Source of the DNA: a virus
Lineage: Duplodnaviria; Caudoviricetes
DNA length: 64,000 nucleotides
IMG/VR virus record: IMGVR_UViG_3300048503_000021
Coordinates: 32,254-96,253 of that record
Reading direction: 5' to 3' (one strand)
The notes beneath the pieces are model-generated. The model was not told the origin of the DNA, did not search any database, and saw nothing but the letters and a program-made list of their open reading frames with translations. This document shows positions 37,131 to 46,816 of the stretch, piece after piece; the stretch's first letter is position 1; each line of letters starts with the position of its first letter. The position numbers and the translations under genes are program-made.

Positions 37131-38470
37131 TGCAAATACTCCTTTTTTCTTAACGCTTCCCTAACTGCTTCTACTACGGGAGTCCAGTCTCCCAACTTCG
37201 TCTGCCGAAAGATCCGCATCGACCGATACCACTCCGTAGTATCCCCCGTCATCCCCCAGCGCCAGTCCACGATCAATGGCATCAGTAGGTAGCAGGGCAC
37301 CCCCAGAGTGCCCGCCAGATGCGCTATGGCTGTGTCCACGGTGATAACCAGATCGAGGCGCTGAATGGCGTCTATCGTAGCGAACCAGTTGGGGAATTCG
37401 GGCGTGAAGTCAAACGCCGCTTTCTCTTCCGGCGAAGCGCCAAACTGTAGGCAAACCGAAGCCGGATCATCAAATAGCGACTTGTCCATCAGTTGCCGCA
37501 TTACGTCGAAGCTCATAGACCGGAAACGGTCGTGCGAGTGATTGGCGTTCCCCTTCCAGCAGTACCCAATCCGGCCCTTCACCCTATTAGAAGCAGGCGG
37601 CAGTGGATTCTCTTCTGGGATGAGGAAGGGCAGCTTCCGGTCATTCAAGTAACGGAGGGTGGACATCAGGGGGAATTGACAATCCGTAACTGGAATTCGG
37701 CCCATTGCCGGGTGGCACACTTCAACCCCAAACAACCTCGCATAGTCAGCGATTGTGTCGTCGCACCGGTAGTGCCAAGTTGTGTCTGGATGCAGACTCC
37801 GAAGCACCTTGAAGTAGCGGGCAAACTGGAAGGCGTCTCCAGCCCCTTGCTCTCCGACGATAAGCACTTTCTTCCCACCAAGCGTAGCCCCAGCCACATG
37901 CTCGTAGTGCGGCGTGGGGACGGGTGCCCACGGGTTCAGGGTCTTCAGGCGAGCCTCGTAGAATTGCAAGCCCCTGCCCCATTGCCTGTCGAGCATAAGC
38001 ATCATGCCAAGGCTTTGTTCTCCTACGGGATTACCAGGAGAAGCGGACAAGGCCGTTTCGTACTCACTGATCGCGGCTTTAATGTCGCCACGATACTGAC
38101 TATTCATTGCCAAGGCGCACACGCACTCGAAAGGAAACTGTGCATTAAGTTCCAAAGACTTAATGATGTGCTCCCGTGCCTCGTCAAGCCTGAGACAGAC
38201 CTGGAGAGCAACGCCGTAGTTAAGGTGCATCGCAGCATTGTCAGGGGCTATCTCTAGCCCTTTCTCTAATGGGGCAAGCGCCTCTTCCGGGCGACGAAGG
38301 TTTATCATTGCCGCGCCTTCGTTGGAGTACGCATCGGGGCAGTGCGGGGAGATTTCAGACACTTTCCGAAAGAAGGCAACCGCCTTCTCCGGGGCCTTCT
38401 CGGAGCCCATCATAAATGCTCCAAGTTTGAGGAGGTCGGTTTCTGTCAGGTTAGCGTCGATCTGGATCAT
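37127..38470 (-). CDS. TPR-repeat plus GT9-like glycosyltransferase
   Basis: N-terminal TPRs; EQGAGDAFQFARY; LDLVITVDTAIAHLAGTLG…DWRW…WY.SMRIFRQ…GDW. Confidence 0.9.
   Translation of the reverse strand: MIQIDANLTETDLLKLGAFMMGSEKAPEKAVAFFRKVSEISPHCPDAYSNEGAAMINLRRPEEALAPLEKGLEIAPDNAAMHLNYGVALQVCLRLDEAREHIIKSLELNAQFPFECVCALAMNSQYRGDIKAAISEYETALSASPGNPVGEQSLGMMLMLDRQWGRGLQFYEARLKTLNPWAPVPTPHYEHVAGATLGGKKVLIVGEQGAGDAFQFARYFKVLRSLHPDTTWHYRCDDTIADYARLFGVEVCHPAMGRIPVTDCQFPLMSTLRYLNDRKLPFLIPEENPLPPASNRVKGRIGYCWKGNANHSHDRFRSMSFDVMRQLMDKSLFDDPASVCLQFGASPEEKAAFDFTPEFPNWFATIDAIQRLDLVITVDTAIAHLAGTLGVPCYLLMPLIVDWRWGMTGDTTEWYRSMRIFRQTKLGDWTPVVEAVREALRKKEYLQ
37784..37797 (-). promoter_or_regulatory. GTCTNNATCCAGAC motif, site 7 (intragenic)
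   Basis: + strand GTCTGGATGCAGAC. Confidence 0.7.
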
Positions 38471-38964
38471 TTCAGGACCGTCTCGGCAGCGGTGATGGCG
38501 ACGGCAAGGGCGCTCCAAGTGTCGGCAGAGAAGCCGTGTAGCACTCCGTAGCCGGTCTTCTTTGTACCGATAGCCTTATCCTTGCCGCCGTACCTGTCTA
38601 TAATGGCCTGACGGATGTTAGTGTCTTTGGCTTTCATGTTTCCGCAGAGATGGATTTTCACGGCTTTGCGAGGAATCCTCACCACAGAATCGAGGCCGAA
38701 AGCCTGAGCGAAGATGCCGCTCCAATAGACCGTCTCGAAGATCTCAGCCCCGACCGCCATCCCGTAACTGGCGACTTGTTCAATCGCGCAGTACTCAACG
38801 TCGCCATAAGGCCACTTAACCGGATCTTCCAGTTCTTCGATTGCTTTAAGAAGGATCTTGTTGGGAATTTTATTGAACCCGTAGGGGACAGGAGCCTTAG
38901 TCTCGGTGTCGTATGAGACATAGGCGCTGGAATCTGGTCCTGGATCGATAGCTAGAATCTTCAT
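38467..38964 (-). CDS. RuvC-like Holliday junction resolvase
   Basis: MKILAIDPG…AIE…AKD…D.WSALAVA. Confidence 0.8.
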   Translation of the reverse strand: MKILAIDPGPDSSAYVSYDTETKAPVPYGFNKIPNKILLKAIEELEDPVKWPYGDVEYCAIEQVASYGMAVGAEIFETVYWSGIFAQAFGLDSVVRIPRKAVKIHLCGNMKAKDTNIRQAIIDRYGGKDKAIGTKKTGYGVLHGFSADTWSALAVAITAAETVLK

Positions 38965-39422
38965 CACTCCTCCGGGCCGACGACAAAGTGAACTGTGTTC
39001 CCGTATTCGTCTTCGAGCGAGAAATTCTGTTCCTTTAATCCACCGTCCTGCCAGCGGCTCTCCATCGGGAGTTGGCTCCAAACGCTCAGCCATTGCTTTA
39101 AGCTCAGTTCGACCTTAATCAATGGCTCGGTCGGATGGGGGAATGGGATTCTGGTAATCTTCCGCTCAAGGCGCTTCAGGTTGAGTAGGATCTCGTTGCC
39201 GATCCAGCCAAGGGAGGAGGCAAGGTTGCGCTCCTCACACAGATAAGAATAGTCAACGGACTTAGACAGATAAGTGGAGGCGCAAACTTCGCAGTAGTGG
39301 CGCGTGTATTCCTTGATCCCAGTATCCCCTGGTTGCATGGGGGCCAGAACCTTGTATTCCTTCGTGGGCACCCCTTCGTGCCCACAGGATTCACACAACT
39401 CCTCTTCGGGGATCTCAGGCAT
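38964..39422 (-). CDS. zinc-finger hypothetical protein
   Basis: CESC…CEVC. Confidence 0.6.
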   Translation of the reverse strand: MPEIPEEELCESCGHEGVPTKEYKVLAPMQPGDTGIKEYTRHYCEVCASTYLSKSVDYSYLCEERNLASSLGWIGNEILLNLKRLERKITRIPFPHPTEPLIKVELSLKQWLSVWSQLPMESRWQDGGLKEQNFSLEDEYGNTVHFVVGPEE

Positions 39423-39424
39423 AG

Positions 39425-40156
39425 CTACGCCGCCTCTGGATCGTCTTCCCACGGCGGAGCTTCGCCCGCAGGCTCTTCGATGGCAGGCTGGGTATCGCCA
39501 TGCACCTTGCCCTTGCGGCGGCGCGGCCTGGGGGCCAGCGGCGGCTCTGTTGGGTTGACCAGTTCAGCGGCGGTGGGCTCGTCGGTCGTCGGCAGTAGCA
39601 TCCCGGCCTTTTCCGTGGCCTCAGCGATGCCTTCCAGGGTGTTGGCAACGACCTCATTCATCGGGTCGCCGGTCGTGCCTTCAGACAGGGCAACCCGGGT
39701 GCCGCCGTCAAACAGATCACCTTGCCGGGGCTTGATCGAGATGGTGAAGCCGTCGCCACGATTGGCACGGAAAAAGTCCAGGATCTCTTGGAGCCTTCCT
39801 GTTGTGCGCGCCTTGAACTGGACATTCAAGGTAGTATCGCCGCTGCGGTAGATGCGGAAGCCGAAAATCTGCTCGGGAAAGAAGTTATTCACTTCCTTGC
39901 CGTCGCCGCCGATCAGCTTCAGGTCCATGTCCGCCAGCGTGATTGCTAGCGTGGTTTCCTTGAAGCCGTCGTGCGGGCTCCCTTGCTCTGTGTAGAGGTA
40001 GTCGCACTCCAGGACCGAAGCGATGGTCGGCGTCAGCCGCCCCTTCAGCCGCAGCGTTAGGATGTCATCCCCTTCGGCTTCTGGGATCGTTATTTCGATC
40101 CCAGGCCGTTTTGCTTCTTGAATGATAATCTCGTCTCGGATCGTCATTTGCGTCAA
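39425..40156 (-). CDS. acidic hypothetical protein
   Basis: 243 aa with an acidic C-terminal tail; AGGAG RBS. Confidence 0.65.
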   Translation of the reverse strand: MTQMTIRDEIIIQEAKRPGIEITIPEAEGDDILTLRLKGRLTPTIASVLECDYLYTEQGSPHDGFKETTLAITLADMDLKLIGGDGKEVNNFFPEQIFGFRIYRSGDTTLNVQFKARTTGRLQEILDFFRANRGDGFTISIKPRQGDLFDGGTRVALSEGTTGDPMNEVVANTLEGIAEATEKAGMLLPTTDEPTAAELVNPTEPPLAPRPRRRKGKVHGDTQPAIEEPAGEAPPWEDDPEAA

Positions 40157-40186
40157 TCTCCTATCAGAATCTCCCTTGTCGTACTC

Positions 40187-40378
40187 TCAAACGCCGCGCT
40201 TGGCTGGGCGTGACTTCTTTGCTGCGCGCTTAGTCTTTTTGGGCACCTTCTTCCCCGTCTCTGGGGTGGTTTGTTGAGAGTCTGGCCCCGCAGCAAACCC
40301 AATCTGTTGTTGGCCGTATAGCCGCTCAGTCATGTTTGGCATTGTCTGCCCATCAACTGTTTTATTGAACATACTCAT
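40187..40378 (-). CDS. small basic protein
   Basis: Lys/Arg-rich C-terminus. Confidence 0.5.
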   Translation of the reverse strand: MSMFNKTVDGQTMPNMTERLYGQQQIGFAAGPDSQQTTPETGKKVPKKTKRAAKKSRPAKRGV

Positions 40379-40383
40379 GAGAC

Positions 40384-40728
40384 TTATCCCCCATGTTCCG
40401 GGCCGTGGCATTTAGCGCACAGCCCTTCCACGTTGTCTCGATCCACGCGTCCGTGACTGCGGTAAATTTTGTGGTGTCCCTGGAGGGCCTTCCGCAAACC
40501 GCACCGGGCGCATTTCCACTCCTGAAGCTCAAACACTCGCAGGCATTCGGCCTTGTAAAATGCCTTTACTAGATTCCCGATGGCCTCATCTTCTGTCTCG
40601 CCGTAAACATAAAGCCCCGAGCCGAAGTACTCGCCCGGAACGATGTAGGCGTCCCAGGTGCCATTGGCCGACAACTGCGTAACGGCGATCTCAGACGCGA
40701 TGATGCGCTCCGCCCGTCTCTTAGTCAT
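40384..40728 (-). CDS. HNH endonuclease
   Basis: CARCG…HHKIYRSHG…NVEGLCAKCH. Confidence 0.8.
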   Translation of the reverse strand: MTKRRAERIIASEIAVTQLSANGTWDAYIVPGEYFGSGLYVYGETEDEAIGNLVKAFYKAECLRVFELQEWKCARCGLRKALQGHHKIYRSHGRVDRDNVEGLCAKCHGPEHGG

Positions 40729-41489
40729 CAGCCCCGCTCGGCGTCGTGAACCTTCGCGAGCCATTCGGTTTCGCACTCATCCATCAGCCGGGCCAGGATC
40801 ACACCTTCGCTGTCGGAGTCGCAATAGGCCTGAATTTCAGCCAACCCCACAAACTCATGCCAGCGATTCCAAACATCCTCTGCCACGTAGATCATTAGGG
40901 CCTTGGTGCTCAGTTCTCCCTTGTCGCCCTGTGTCTCGGTTTCGATCTTCTCGGCAAGCTGCTTGACGGTCGTCGTCGAAGATTCTGCCGCCGCAACCCA
41001 GTAGTCGCGTTTCGTCTGCACCATGTCCACGCTCATGCCCTCTTGGGTGCTCCGCTTGAGCGCGGTTGCCAGCAGATTCAGTTTGGAAAACCCCATCTGC
41101 TCCATCTTGTCGGCGGGCAGAAAATTCAACTGCTCTGCCACCTTGATACAGTTCCAGGCTTCGGGGCGGCTGATATTGAAAAGCTCTGGGACACCCCGCG
41201 TGATGAACTCGCTGAAGGTGGTGTAGCCCTGCTGCTCGTACAGGTGCTTATGCTGGCGTACCAGCATCAGGATACGCCCTAAGAAGGGCTTCAGCCGGGA
41301 AACAGCCTGTTGCGCTCGGGAAAGCCCCTTGGTGACGACATTGAGATACAGCCAGACGTTCTCTGCACTCAGATCCTCTGGGATCGCCTCGATTGAGGGG
41401 CGCTCCGAAGTGATAAGCGCTTGCCAAACCGCCTGTTCTGCCTCGGTGAAAATGGGGAGATTGGAAGTCGTTGCAGGTAGGGTAGACAT
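40728..41489 (-). CDS. putative HTH DNA-binding protein
   Basis: LGRIL…LY…GYTTFSEF…FNISRPEA…IKVA…GFSKL pattern found in phage HTH/ParB-associated proteins. Confidence 0.55.
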   Translation of the reverse strand: MSTLPATTSNLPIFTEAEQAVWQALITSERPSIEAIPEDLSAENVWLYLNVVTKGLSRAQQAVSRLKPFLGRILMLVRQHKHLYEQQGYTTFSEFITRGVPELFNISRPEAWNCIKVAEQLNFLPADKMEQMGFSKLNLLATALKRSTQEGMSVDMVQTKRDYWVAAAESSTTTVKQLAEKIETETQGDKGELSTKALMIYVAEDVWNRWHEFVGLAEIQAYCDSDSEGVILARLMDECETEWLAKVHDAERG

Positions 41490-41498
41490 TACCAGTTC

Positions 41499-41552
41499 AC
41501 GCTGCCACAGACGCGCATTGTTGTCAACCCCTTAATGTGTCTGGATCAAGAC
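41499..41552 (-). promoter_or_regulatory. promoter (TTGACA-17-CAGCGT) with motif site 8 just upstream
   Basis: TGTCAA at 41522-41527; GTCTGGATCAAGAC at 41539-41552. Confidence 0.55.
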
Positions 41553-42883
41553 TTTTCTTCTTCGGTCGCATCCTCAAATTGCATCCGCCAGCCAATGTAC
41601 CGCATCGGGACGTGCGCGCTTTCGCCGTTCCTGATTTTGTCGAGAATAAACACAGCCTTGCCTCGCAGGGCGTCGTTGTCGCGGTTGTAAAGCTCTTCGC
41701 GAAAGATCAGACCGCCAACGTCGGCAATCTGTTCTATTGCTCCCGATCCCCGAAAATCACTTAGCTCCGGCTTACGCTTAGTCTTGGGAGCATCGCGAGA
41801 CAACTGGCTCAGTAGGATTATCGGGACATGGACCCTTTTGGTGATGTCTTGAATATCGAGGCAGATAGAACTTAACCTCTCATCCCCGGAAAGCCTAGTG
41901 TTGTTAGCCTTCATAATCTGGATATAGTCCAGGATTGACAGCTTGATGTGGAACTTCTCGATCATCGACTCAATCCTGGTGTGATACTCAGACGGGCTGA
42001 TCCCAGAACGGGCATCCATATAGATGGGCAACTCGTAGATGACAGAGCTTGCCTCCGCCAGTTTCTTCTCTTCAAGCTCTGAAATCTGCCCGCGCCGGAA
42101 GCGCATAAAGGACACGCCCGCTTCTGTGCAAATAAGCCGGTAGAAAAGGCTCCGCTTGCTCATTTCCAGAGAGAATATGGCGACAGGATCGCCGCCACCG
42201 GCAACGTGCCGCGCGATGTTAAGGGCCATCGCCGTCTTGCCAGCCCGCGCCGTTCCGCCTATGACCCAGATCTCGTCGTTGTGGAACCCGTCCGTTGCCT
42301 CGTCTACGCCTTTGAAGCCCGTCAGGATTCCAGGCTCATGTAGGGGGGGGTTGAGGAGGTGGTCAATCCCGTCTGGGTACGTCTCGATGTAATGGGCTAC
42401 GCTCTCTGGGCCGTCCCTCTCGGTGTCGTCAACCGCGTCTCGCAGGTTCGCCGTCAGGGAGCCGACAATCTTCTGTGGCTCCTCCTGCCCTAAGAAACTG
42501 CGCTGCATCGCCTCGTTGGCTAAGAAGATGATGCGCCTGCGGGCCGTCAGTTTCTTTAGGATGTCAACATAGGAAGCATAGTTGGGGATGTCTGGCATCC
42601 CGTCCGCTAGGCTGACGATGTAGCTCAGCCCACCGACCCGCTCTAGATTCCCTCGCGACAGGAGATAGTCGTGGAGCGTCACTTCATCGACGGCCACACC
42701 CTTGCGGCTTAGGTCTTGGATTGCGGAGAAGAGGTGGCGGTTGGCTTCCAGGACAAAATCATCTGTAGACAGCTTCGTAGCAATCTCTAAGGTGACGCCC
42801 TTATGCTTAGAGCACCAGCAGGTTGCTAGGCAGATTTTCTCTGCGTAAGTGTTTGAGGGGAGTCCCCGCTCTTCTTCAGGCAT
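41546..42883 (-). CDS. dnaB: replicative DNA helicase
   Basis: N-terminal DnaB domain; GKTAMALNIA, FSLEMS, DYIQ, LSQLSR, PELSDFRGSGAIEQ.AD, K.RNG. Confidence 0.95.
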   Translation of the reverse strand: MPEEERGLPSNTYAEKICLATCWCSKHKGVTLEIATKLSTDDFVLEANRHLFSAIQDLSRKGVAVDEVTLHDYLLSRGNLERVGGLSYIVSLADGMPDIPNYASYVDILKKLTARRRIIFLANEAMQRSFLGQEEPQKIVGSLTANLRDAVDDTERDGPESVAHYIETYPDGIDHLLNPPLHEPGILTGFKGVDEATDGFHNDEIWVIGGTARAGKTAMALNIARHVAGGGDPVAIFSLEMSKRSLFYRLICTEAGVSFMRFRRGQISELEEKKLAEASSVIYELPIYMDARSGISPSEYHTRIESMIEKFHIKLSILDYIQIMKANNTRLSGDERLSSICLDIQDITKRVHVPIILLSQLSRDAPKTKRKPELSDFRGSGAIEQIADVGGLIFREELYNRDNDALRGKAVFILDKIRNGESAHVPMRYIGWRMQFEDATEEEKS

Positions 42884-42888
42884 GTTTT

Positions 42889-42902
42889 GTCTGGATACAG
42901 AC
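42889..42902 (-). promoter_or_regulatory. GTCTNNATCCAGAC motif, site 9
   Basis: + strand GTCTGGATACAGAC, 5 nt before the dnaB ATG. Confidence 0.75.
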
Positions 42903-42903
42903 T

Positions 42904-43212
42904 CTATCCGAAAATCTCCTGAATCACCCATACTAGCCCGAAGGCCAGTGCGCTACCGGCTAACCCGCAGACGATGAAGATTATAGCGGCTTTTCGCGCC
43001 TGCTTCCAATTAGAGCGCCGGGGTTGGAAGTGTTCTTCGTGTATCACCTTCCAGTACGTACCCGGTGGCATTAAGACTTCCAATTCCGCCACTTGAATAT
43101 AATCTGGGCTAGCTAGGGAATCTACCAGTTCGGTAAAGGGCAGGGATTCGCCGTCGCACTCTTCATGCAGGATGAGGTCGTCCAGGCCGTCGTCCCAATC
43201 ATCGTCAGGCAT
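42904..43212 (-). CDS. membrane protein
   Basis: Acidic N-terminus and C-terminal TM segment. Confidence 0.6.
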   Translation of the reverse strand: MPDDDWDDGLDDLILHEECDGESLPFTELVDSLASPDYIQVAELEVLMPPGTYWKVIHEEHFQPRRSNWKQARKAAIIFIVCGLAGSALAFGLVWVIQEIFG

Positions 43213-43519
43213 GGCCCACGCCTTTCTCTATGAAGGGGTTGTCTGGGTTCTTAGGATTGTAGTACGGCTTATGCCGGTCGCACTTGGCTCCACATTCAGG
43301 GCATCGCTGATTCGGCGCTCGCAGTGTCACCTCATGCCCATTCGCACAGGTTGCGGGCCAGCGCATACCCTGAAGGGATACCGGGCGCTTGAATTTGGAT
43401 GGGATCGAGACCCATGTGTCTCGTGCTGAAAGGCGCACAGGATAATGTCCGAAGACTTGGTAGGACACGGCTAAGTTTTCCTCCACTCTCTTATCGGGTA
43501 GTTTCCAGACGCTAACCAA
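43205..43519 (-). CDS. zinc-ribbon protein
   Basis: CANGH…CPECG. Confidence 0.5.
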   Translation of the reverse strand: MVSVWKLPDKRVEENLAVSYQVFGHYPVRLSARDTWVSIPSKFKRPVSLQGMRWPATCANGHEVTLRAPNQRCPECGAKCDRHKPYYNPKNPDNPFIEKGVGHA

Positions 43520-43710
43520 GCAGGGCGCTCTTCCAAACGTCCTGCCAATTGCGCCAGTTTGAGCGCCCTACGTGCGCGGCCAACTCCAAGGTGGGTTGCC
43601 TCGCAGATTGCCCGCTCGCGTAGCCAGTGTCCCGCGCAGGCGCGGACGACCATATTCTGATCGGCTTGGGAGAGCGCGTGGGTGAAGATCACGGGGTTTT
43701 CAACTGGCAT
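43471..43710 (-). CDS. small winged-HTH-like protein
   Basis: GGAGG RBS; ICEATHLG…ARRALK. Confidence 0.55.
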   Translation of the reverse strand: MPVENPVIFTHALSQADQNMVVRACAGHWLRERAICEATHLGVGRARRALKLAQLAGRLEERPAWLASGNYPIREWRKT

Positions 43711-43727
43711 GGCTGGCCTCCGGCTAT

Positions 43728-44300
43728 TTACCTTTTTTCTTTCGTAATGACAGAGAGTCCGGTGGGGGCGTAGTTCTTGTCCTCCCAGTCTTTCAAGACC
43801 ACTCTCTCTTCATTTTCTCGATCACAGGCGTTCATTTCCCAATACTTAAAGACGGCGCTTGGGAATTCTCTTTCTAGGTGCAAAGATTTGTACTTGTTAC
43901 AAACGTGGAACCGAACAGAGATCCCAGTCCCCATTGTTGCCAGGACTACCTTCCTAATGATTTGGCCGAATGCCTTTGGCTCGTGCAGCCCCACGTTGAT
44001 CGCTTGGACACCGGCCCGCATGAGCATGTCGGCCATTGTCGCATTCAAAAAGGTGCCGTTCGTGTAGAGAACAACAAATGCTTTTGAGAAGCGGGCAAGT
44101 TGGGATATAGCCACAACGCGCAGCGGGAAAAGCAGCGGCTCTCCCCCTGTGATACACACGACCTTGTAGCGAGTGAAATTGATCTCCTTCATGGAGACGG
44201 GTTTAATTTGCTCACGAATCTGCGGTTGCTCGTTGCAACAATAGGAACAGGAAAGGTTGCACTTCCAATCGACAAGGATTCGGAGGGTGTCGATGTCCAT
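43728..44300 (-). CDS. radical SAM protein
   Basis: CNLSCSYC, ITGGEPLL, YTNG. Confidence 0.9.
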   Translation of the reverse strand: MDIDTLRILVDWKCNLSCSYCCNEQPQIREQIKPVSMKEINFTRYKVVCITGGEPLLFPLRVVAISQLARFSKAFVVLYTNGTFLNATMADMLMRAGVQAINVGLHEPKAFGQIIRKVVLATMGTGISVRFHVCNKYKSLHLEREFPSAVFKYWEMNACDRENEERVVLKDWEDKNYAPTGLSVITKEKR

Positions 44301-44303
44301 AAA

Positions 44304-44912
44304 TTACCGGCCTCTAAGCCACCTACTCGCCCCTAACAGCAACAGCCCGCTGCCCAGGAGCAGCATTGACCCAGGCTCGGGAACGCCACCCGGTGCGTCC
44401 AGCGCGAGGAATTCCTGATTGGAGCCTACGGGGATTGCTGTGTAGATCAGGAGCGCACTGTAGGCCTGTGGAATACCGCCAGCCGCCACGGTACTCCGTG
44501 CGCCTGCCAGCAGCGTGGCTGAGTCGCCATACGTGCCTGCGCCGGGATCAAAGATGTTCCAAATGGCGAAGTTATAACCACCCGGATCACTCCCGCCGCT
44601 GGTCTCAAAATCCCACAACAGCACCGCCGCTGCCTCGTAGTTCGCCAGCCCCGTGAACTTCGCCGTGGACAGGTTGCCCAAAGTGGTTACGTTGTACTGG
44701 AACGGCCCCGATGGGACATACGTTTCCGTAGTGAAATCGTCGCACATCAGAAGTGTGTAGACGCCATTCACGTTTACCCCTGTGTTGCCCACGTAATTGC
44801 TATTGGCCGTATTCGGTGGCAGAGTTGTGAAGTTGACTGTGACTGTACCGGCTGCGGCATTACCCGCAAGCAGCGCCAGCGAAAACATTGCAATTGTCAG
44901 CGATAGTTTCAT
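44304..44912 (-). CDS. PEP-CTERM surface protein
   Basis: Signal peptide plus C-terminal VPEPGSMLLLGSGLLLLG…RWLRGR; GAGGAGG RBS. Confidence 0.9.
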   Translation of the reverse strand: MKLSLTIAMFSLALLAGNAAAGTVTVNFTTLPPNTANSNYVGNTGVNVNGVYTLLMCDDFTTETYVPSGPFQYNVTTLGNLSTAKFTGLANYEAAAVLLWDFETSGGSDPGGYNFAIWNIFDPGAGTYGDSATLLAGARSTVAAGGIPQAYSALLIYTAIPVGSNQEFLALDAPGGVPEPGSMLLLGSGLLLLGASRWLRGR

Positions 44913-44960
44913 ATTCCTCCTCGTTCCTCTTACCTAAATCCAAAATCAGCCGTACTTCCT

Positions 44961-45206
44961 CTACGGCCTTTTTTCCCCATCCAGCAGAAACGCGAACTTG
45001 GCAACTTCGAGCATCCCTACCTTTACCTCAATTGAAGTATGTTCAAACGCAGCGGCCTTAACATCGCTCTCGTTGACCCATACCAAGATGCACTCTTTTG
45101 CGGGTTCGTTCCCAAGGCCAGCGACAAAAATTTGAACCGCATCCCACAAGGGGATCTCCTGTGGTTTGACGGGCTTCTCTGTTTGTTTCTTGCTTGTCTT
45201 TTCCAT
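44961..45206 (-). CDS. hypothetical protein
   Basis: AAGGA RBS. Confidence 0.55.
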   Translation of the reverse strand: MEKTSKKQTEKPVKPQEIPLWDAVQIFVAGLGNEPAKECILVWVNESDVKAAAFEHTSIEVKVGMLEVAKFAFLLDGEKRP

Positions 45207-45228
45207 TTACTTCCTTTCTTTACACTAC

Positions 45229-45909
45229 TTACTTGACTCGCTTGAACGAAATCGCCCAAACCCACACGTTGCTCTTCCACGGGTACTTCTTGCCGTTGAT
45301 GTGGTTCCAGAGATCTGCGTATGCAATGATCCAGGCCGTATCGTCAATGGGATGCCCATGTCCCACGAATTGAGAGGCGCTTTCGGCGGAGATCCCCTCC
45401 GCCCGCGCATCCTCTTCGCTAATGTCCTGGAGGCGCTGCACGCGCACATCGGTCACTTCCAGTGTGATGCGCGAGTAATTATGGAACATGTGGATCGCTG
45501 GGCAAGTGGGCCTGCTATACCACCACGCGATGTCTAAATTGCCGTACTGTGTCAGCACGGGCTCTCCGTCCGCAACGTAACGGGCACCCACGGCCTCAGT
45601 TGGCTCACCCGTCAGCAAATGAGGGATATGGTATGCTTCTGCCGTCTCTCGCACCCAGAGATGATCGCCGGGTTTGCCGTATGGGCAATCCCGCACTTCT
45701 ACACCCACCGGGGTTCTTCCCTTTACTCCCCATCCGCCGCCGCCCCAACTCTCAATTGCTCCATTTGGCTCTGCCGATGGGCCGGTGATTACGCCATTAG
45801 GGTGTTTGGGTTTCACCACGCGACGGGTTTGGCACTTGCGACCATCCAAGATCGCGCGGATCATGGGGCCAGAAAATAGGATCGGTTTCTCTTTAGCTTC
45901 GACTGGCAT
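45229..45909 (-). CDS. ASCH/PUA-like phage protein
   Basis: PILFSGPMIRAILDGRK.QTRR…CPYG..GD.LWVRET…SRITLEVTDVRVQRLQDISEEDA.AEG…W..N.WVW.I.F. Confidence 0.85.
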   Translation of the reverse strand: MPVEAKEKPILFSGPMIRAILDGRKCQTRRVVKPKHPNGVITGPSAEPNGAIESWGGGGWGVKGRTPVGVEVRDCPYGKPGDHLWVRETAEAYHIPHLLTGEPTEAVGARYVADGEPVLTQYGNLDIAWWYSRPTCPAIHMFHNYSRITLEVTDVRVQRLQDISEEDARAEGISAESASQFVGHGHPIDDTAWIIAYADLWNHINGKKYPWKSNVWVWAISFKRVK

Positions 45910-46139
45910 TAGGTGTGCTTTCTCTCCGCCATTCTGTCCCTGATAAACCAGATCAGTTCCAACATGCAAGCCGCATCGAATAGCGTTTGGCTTTGGGGGA
46001 AGAAGCAGTAGCGCCTCCACGGGGCGTACCAGCGGATCTCTCCCAAGCGCACTGCGCCGTTGTTTACCGTCCACAGACGGGTTTTGCCGGTGTCGCCGAT
46101 CTGGGCAAAGGTGAGCCGGGTTGTGGTTGCGTCGGGCAT
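45909..46139 (-). CDS. conserved phage protein
   Basis: KT..W.V…LGEIRWYAPWRRYCFFP…FDA.C. Confidence 0.75.
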   Translation of the reverse strand: MPDATTTRLTFAQIGDTGKTRLWTVNNGAVRLGEIRWYAPWRRYCFFPQSQTLFDAACMLELIWFIRDRMAERKHT

Positions 46140-46510
46140 TATCTAACCTCCAAGTCGCCGCTCGCCATCCGGTCAGCGCAGATGTATTTCGTCTCGTAGA
46201 CTCGCCGCATGGCGATAGGCATGGGGAACCGCTCGCAGTTCGAGCATAATTGGTTGATTAGCCAGTCCGTTACCTCTTGCCGGGAAACGGCTTCGATCTT
46301 GCGCTTAACTGGGGTACGCGCCGTAGTGTCGTACTCCTCCACCTCAAAGGCCGCTTGGTCGCAAACTATCCGCAGAAACGCCCCGGCGAAAGACTTCAGC
46401 CCCTCTAGAGTCTGCGGCACACCTGGAAGCCCCTCAAAGCGCTGCAACTGCGCCATAGCCCAGGCGATGTCTTCGTCGCTGAATTTGAAGATGGAATCAG
46501 GGTGCTTCAT
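46139..46510 (-). CDS. hypothetical protein (possible helicase loader/inhibitor)
   Basis: Coupled ORF downstream of the replication initiator; FPMP motif. Confidence 0.55.
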   Translation of the reverse strand: MKHPDSIFKFSDEDIAWAMAQLQRFEGLPGVPQTLEGLKSFAGAFLRIVCDQAAFEVEEYDTTARTPVKRKIEAVSRQEVTDWLINQLCSNCERFPMPIAMRRVYETKYICADRMASGDLEVR

Positions 46511-46806
46511 TTTTTTTCTAAATAGAACTGAGCCACAGATGAGATCTCAGAGCAAATACCCAGAGATGTGAAAAACGCTTCTTTCTTGGCATCATCCAAC
46601 GCTTTTGCTCTTGTTTGGCTGAAGAAGTTCTCAGGCTTAAAAACAGCCTCTTTGTACTTTAGCCCCACCTCTGCCATGAATTCTTCGTGGAGTTTATTGC
46701 AATCCTCTACTAGTGCCTTGAGTTCATCCTCCGACCAATCCTTGAGCAGTGGGAATAGCTCCACAACCCCGCCAGCGTCGATGCACTTCTGAAGGCGCTC
46801 AGTCAC
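46507..46806 (-). CDS. hypothetical protein
   Basis: GAGGT RBS, coupled. Confidence 0.55.
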   Translation of the reverse strand: MTERLQKCIDAGGVVELFPLLKDWSEDELKALVEDCNKLHEEFMAEVGLKYKEAVFKPENFFSQTRAKALDDAKKEAFFTSLGICSEISSVAQFYLEKK

Positions 46807-46816
46807 TTGTTCACCT

